DNA of 30,553 nt from the NCBI GenBank assembly GCA_016748015.1, contig JAAOMT010000514.1, positions 1 through 30,553 on the forward strand, given 5' to 3'. Positions 25,290 to 30,553 of this stretch are shown one piece after another (within the stretch, counting starts at the first letter, position 1; every line of letters begins with the position of its first letter). The stretch is from Geosiphon pyriformis uo1. Lineage: Eukaryota; Fungi; Glomeromycota. Under the pieces are notes generated by a model. That model was not told where the DNA came from. It worked only from the letters and a program-made list of their open reading frames with translations, and made no database searches. Both the position numbers and the translations under genes were made by a program.

Positions 25290-26661
25290 TTAACAAGTCA
25301 TCGTTACTTCATAATAAGGCCCGAAATGATCATTATCCCCCTGTTGACCGCTAGAATTTACACACATCTTTTTATAAAGCAAAATTATATTTAGATGATT
25401 TTTAATAAAAGTTATGCTTATTTCACTTAAAGGTTTTTCAGTTACCTGACTTTCAAGTGAGGTATCGCTATTACAATAGAAGGATTCCCGATCCACGCCA
25501 TTGTTCCAGATCTCAGTTCCATCGTGGATATACTCTCCAGTTGGCAGTTGGGGAATTTTATCATGCCCAAAAGTTGAACGCCAATGTTCCAGCCGATCAT
25601 CAGCCCCTTCTGCGAATTTCTCATTCCCAATTCTAGGCTGGCCGAATGTAAACACCAAAGGTTTCGGAATATTTGGCAAATTATTTTGTGCATAATCTAG
25701 AGCTGCCAATTCAGCATACACTAATAAATTCCATTATAATCGATTGGGAATCCAAAAAAAAAAAAATTTCTTATTCCTAAAGAATGAACAATCTTTGAAG
25801 CCAGACACAATTTTATTTTAGCTAAAAGACAGACTTACCTCCACCGATCCCAAAACCAACAAATGTTACTAAATTTGAATCTTTTTTAGCTTGCTCTATT
25901 ATTGAATTTATATCGGCTAAATTTTCTGAATGCCAATTTTTATATTCATCTCGAAATTTTTGTAAAATCCTTGCACCAGATATTGGATTTTCCTCAGGAA
26001 ATTGGCTCATGTGATCAGCAGATTGAAGGTCCTTCAGCAAGGTTTCTTCATTGCCAGCAAAAGAAATATTTATTTCATCTTCAGATTTTTCAGCAAAATC
26101 TGAAAACAGAATTCAAGCCATGACTTTTTTTTATTGAAATTCAAGTTGATGCTTCTTAATTGTTGTTAATCTTTTTTTAAAAAACTTACGGTAAATCTTA
26201 TCAGATTGATCATTCTTACTTTTTCGAGTACAAAAGGCTTTTCTAGCCAGTTCAGCTTTTTCTTTCATCCAAGATTGATCTCTAGGACTAACTATGTGAT
26301 CATATAAAGATTCTGTCACTTTATCTTCTTGCACTAGAAATTCATTTATGGAGAACCAGGAAAAACCCTTTGATCCAAAGTTTAATGGATCAGAACTCGT
26401 TTCAAAAGATACCGCTGCATCTGTTTTGAATGGGTCATTGAAATTAAAGTTCAAAATGGAACTTTCATCATTCAAATTAAGATAATCATTGGTCGAAGCC
26501 AAAATTGGTTCCCCAAAAATATTTTGCTCAGAATCCAAAGTTATTGGTGAGGCTGTGACCACCATTATATTGGGATTTGAGATCGATGACAATTGCCATA
26601 TTATTCTTATTAAAACTATGAGAAAAATTTTGTATGCTAAGTTCGAAATTTTATTTGGCAT
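25290..26661 (-). CDS. Intact class-3 lipase-fold protein (copy L4), 361 aa, secreted/anchored, catalytic Ser replaced by Gly
   Basis: Exons 26661-26190, 26099-25839, 25720-25446 and 25367-25290 are all bounded by GT-AG introns with consistent phases (1,1,0), giving 1086 nt with no internal stop. Motifs: hydrophobic N-terminus, ELARKAFC, ISFAGN, VTFVGFGIGGVYAELAA, VFTFGQPRIGNEKFA, WRSTFGHDKIPQLP, YIHDGTEIW, DHFGPYY. An alternative ATG at 26691 is not conserved in the duplicate. Confidence 0.9.
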
Positions 26662-27066
26662 GGTGAGAATATCTATGCTAGAATTTTGCATAATAGAAAG
26701 TTATAAATTAATCCGTTTGCTTATATGTAGTTTTTTATCGGTTTTTTCGACCAGTGTGATAACCTCAAAGTTTTTCCACATATTAAAACATAATATCTTA
26801 AACCAATGATGGATAATCCGAAATTAGTGATGATTAATAATTTGCTTAGTAGATTGTTGATTAGCTGTGATAAAAAAATTTTCGTTTATCCGAATTTATA
26901 TTATAATCCAAATAAATCATAATTGATTTTTTTAGAATACTTACTCAAAAATAATCATTTATTTGAATAAAACATTTATTTAATTTAGCATTTTTAAATC
27001 ATATACTTTGTAATTATATCAATATGACAGAACAACTTAATGTGAAAAGAAAAACCTCACCTGTTA

Positions 27067-27255
27067 CAGTCGCCTCCGAAATTAACGCCCGATTTTGGTG
27101 TAACAAAGTACTCGAAAATTTACCATGATCTGGACGCCCACCAGCTCTCAATAACCAAACAAAAAGTGCTCTCTTACGAAAAGTTAAAAATGAACGACGT
27201 AAACCACTACAAGAGATTGTTGATGATTTGAAGCTTAATTGCAGTTTAACAACAG
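27067..27255 (+). mobile_element. Left end of Tc1-like element, cut by assembly gap
   Basis: TA followed by the TIR CAGTCGCCTCCGAAATTAACGCCCGA. Encodes LP*SGRPPALN...RRKPLQEIVDDL (GRPR-like motif). Confidence 0.88.
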
Positions 27256-27275
27256 NNNNNNNNNNNNNNNNNNNN

Positions 27276-27750
27276 TACGGTAAATCTTATCAGATTGATC
27301 ATTCTTACTTTTTCGAGTACAAAAGGCTTTTCTAGCCAGTTCAGCTTTTTCTTTCATCCAAGATTGATCTCCAGGACTAACTATGTGATCATATAAAGAT
27401 CCTGTCACTTTATCTTCTTGCACTTGAATTTAATTTATGGAGAACGAGGAAAAACCCTTTGATCCAAAGTTTAATGGATCAGAACTCGTTTCAAAAGATA
27501 CCGCTGCATCTGTTTTGAATGGGTCATTGAAATTAAAGTTCAAAATGGAACTTTCATCATTCAAATTAAGATAATCATTGGTCGAAGCCAAAATTAGTTC
27601 CCCAAAAATATTTTGCTCAGAATCCAAAGTTATTGGTGAGGCTGTGACCACCATTATATTGGGATTTGAGATCGATGACAATTGCCATATTATTCTTATT
27701 AAAACTATGAAAAAAATTTTGAATGCTAAGTTCGAAATTTTATTTGGCAT
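27276..27750 (-). pseudogene. Near-identical second copy of L4 exon 1 with in-frame nonsense codon
   Basis: Part of the duplication 26187-27255 / 27276-28242. GAA>TAA at 27430-27432. The 3' part is lost in the gap 27256-27275. Confidence 0.8.
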
Positions 27751-28073
27751 AGTGAGAATATGTATGCTAGAATTTTGCAGAATAGAAAGTTATAAATTAA
27801 TTCGTTTGCTTATATGTAGTCTTTTATCGGTTTTTTCGACCCGTGTGATAACCTCAAAGTTTTTACACATATTAAAACATAATATCTTAAACCAATGATG
27901 GATAATCCGAAATTAGTGATGATTAATAATTTGCTTGGTAGATTGTTGATTAGCTGTGATAAAAAAATTTTCGTTTATCCGAATTTATATTGTAATCCAA
28001 ATAAATCATATACTTTGTAATTATATCAATATGACAGAACAACTTAATGTGAAAAGAAAAACCTCACCTGTTA

Positions 28074-29075
28074 CAGTCGCCTCCGAAATTAACGCCCGAT
28101 TTTGGTGTAACAAAGTACTCGAAAATTTACCATGATCTGGACGCCCACCAGCTCTCAATAACCAAACAAAAAGTGCTCTCTTACGAAAAGTTAAAAATGA
28201 ACGACGTTGATGATTTGAAGCTTAATTGCAGTTTAACAACAGCCCGTCGAGTACTTCATAACCATGGCATTCGAAGTTATATTGCAGCAAAAAAGCCTTT
28301 TATTTCAGAAAAACAGGCAAAGGCACGCATACTTTGGTGCAAAAAATATCAAAATAAAGACCTTTATTTTTGGAGACGGGTAATTTTTTCAGATGAAACC
28401 AGTGTAGACAAGTTAAAGTATGACGTCATATAGGAGAAAGATATAATATTGAATGCTTAACACCTAGCTTCAAAAGTGGACAATCAATAATGGCTTGGGG
28501 ATGCTTTGTTGGAGAACTTAGAGGTCCATTGACATTTTGTGATGAATACAAGGAAAAAACGGAAAAGATTACAGCAAAAACATATTTTAAGATTATAGAA
28601 ACTAATCTTTTACCATTTCTTACTGTTACTCATGATTTAGTAGCAAGAAATCCAATATTTCAACAAGACAATCCTCCTATTCATAATGCTGGAATTACGA
28701 AAAATGGTTCAAAGACAAAAACATTGAGATTATGGATTGGCCAGCCAGTTCTCCTAATCTAAACCCCATAGAAAATGTGTGGAAAATAATGAAGGACAAT
28801 ATTCAAAAACATGAAAACTTTCCAAGAACTATAGAGGAACTTAAAAGTGCTCTAAAGAAGGAATGGTCAAGTTTTAATATGTCAGTTTTGAAACGAGTTG
28901 TAGACTCAATGCCACAAAGAATTGAAGCAGTATTGGAAGCAAATGGAGGGCCAACACACTATTAATTATATATATATAAAAAGTTATATGTATATAAGTT
29001 AGGTTTAGAATAAATCAAATAAACATTTAAAATTGTATAAAAAATAAATTCAGGCATTAATTTCGGAGGTGACTG
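28074..29075 (+). mobile_element. Tc1/mariner (DD34E) DNA transposon, internally deleted, non-autonomous
   Basis: TIRs of about 26-30 bp (28074 onward, and ending at 29075) with TA on both flanks. Transposase fragments GRPP, KKPF, VIFSDE, MAWGCF, FQQDN, WPASSPNLNPIENVW, GGPTHY*. D-to-E spacing is 34 after restoring a 1-nt deletion near 28703. The first HTH is missing and there are frameshifts. Confidence 0.95.
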
Positions 29076-30553
29076 TACATTCAAATGCAAAATTTCAAAA
29101 AAACATTTTATTACTTTTGATAATATTACATCTTATACACTTGAAGATAATACTTTTTTTACCGATATCATTTTTTTTATTGTCATTTTTTAAATACAAA
29201 ACTTATTTGCTATCATGTTATGTTGAAATTATTTATTTTTTTGATTTTTACATTGGTAAATGCTTTTTTTTCTAATGATAATACTATAAATAAATCTAAT
29301 AAAAAAAATGCAATATGTTATAAATCAACTTTTAATTAATAAATTTATAAATTGGTAAAAAAATTTTGACTTTTTACTGGTTTTATAAACTTTTTAATCT
29401 CAGTTCAAAAAATTTTTACTTAAATTTGAGCTAAATAAAAATATGCAATTTAACTTTTATCTAAGTTGTGTTTATAAATTTTGAGTTTTTTATTTAAAAA
29501 GATGTTATAATAATAATAGGTTTTGGTTAACACATAAATTAACAATTAAAATAACATATATAAATTTATTATCATTTTGAATAAACATAATACATATAAC
29601 TTTTTGGGTATAATTACATGCATTGTGAATTATTTTAACATAAAAAATTTGGATTTAAAAAAAGTATTTAGAAACTTTTAGTAGTGTTTTGTTTTGTGTT
29701 TTTATTTCAATTTGTAAAATATTCATGTTATATAAAATTATTAAAGTTTCTGGTAAATGTGATTATGTTTTGCAAAGTAAACTTTTAAGAATTTAATTTT
29801 TTATAATATTAAACAATACATTTGGGATATATATAATATACTTAATTGTATTAAAAAAATTTTATTAACTGTAAAAATATTTGAATAAGAAGTTCTTAAA
29901 TTTGCTGTTTATTTGTGCAATCAAATTAAGCCAACTTATTCAAATAGGTTTAAAAAGATTAATACAACTGGGATTAAATGTAATAGATCTGTTCAATTGG
30001 GAATATTCGATGTTTGTAAATAAAAATTGTTGATTGAACATAAATTAGTGTAATTTTTATTAACTTAAGTGGACTGGTTATATATATAAAAAGCATAAAG
30101 TGTAATTAAATTAAATTATTTAAGCAATAAAAAAATTAAGTAATACTTTGAATTATATTATAACAAAAAGTTAACTAGAATAATTTTTATTGAAAAATAT
30201 GCCAAAGAAATTCTAAAATTAATTAATAGCTTAAAATATTTTTTTTGATCTTTTAAGCTTAAAACAAAATTTATTTTTAATTATTCTATAAAAGTTACTT
30301 TTAATTTGTCGAAAAAATAAATATGAAATTATTATAGTTAAAGGATTTATTAAAAAAAATTATAAATTAATTAACTTAAAAATAATTTGATATTAAACTT
30401 TTTAACAAATTGTGAATTTTAAAATGTGAAAATCTTAAGTTAGTTGTAATCCTTTACAGTTAAACATCGTTTAAAGAAGCAAAAAAATCGGATAGAAACA
30501 GATTATATCTATTAACATTAAAAATTAGAAAATAAAATTAACTTTTTTAGTTA

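Noticed and set aside
25442-26123. ORFs 25442..25693, 25501..25695, 25902..26123
   Set aside because: Alternative-frame or antisense shadows of L4 exons.
26489-27898. Two 106-aa plus-strand ORFs (26489..26809, 27578..27898)
   Set aside because: Antisense shadows of lipase exon 1 with non-ATG starts, repeated only because of the duplication.
6293-29275. Short F/I/K/L/N-rich ORFs (6293, 17617, 17645, 24521, 25005, 29069)
   Set aside because: Composition expected from AT-rich noncoding or decayed DNA, with no motifs.

Overview
Very AT-rich eukaryotic DNA with short GT-AG introns. From family content it is most likely an early-diverging fungus (Glomeromycotina/Geosiphon-like; this is inference, not a database result). 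The main finding is a cluster of about six paralogs of a secreted or membrane-anchored class-3 lipase-fold gene between 8.3 and 27.8 kb: one intact 4-exon gene (25290-26661, minus strand, 361 aa) plus pseudogenes and fragments. In all three copies where the nucleophile elbow can be read, the catalytic Ser of G-x-S-x-G is Gly (GFGIGG, GFGIGA, KHGV..GG). The triad Asp/His positions and the intron positions are retained, which suggests an expanded pseudo-lipase family. The window also holds: a head-to-head pair of pseudogenes from an uncharacterised, possibly REase-fold family with a 216-bp inverted exon copy between them; heavily C>T/G>A-decayed repeat blocks, including a LINE ORF1 with a fossil CCHC knuckle; an orphan ~98-bp 28S rDNA fragment fused to a ~40-bp minisatellite; a solo LTR with a CCAT TSD; a DD34E Tc1 element with TIRs and TA TSD; and two scaffold gaps flanked by duplicated sequence.
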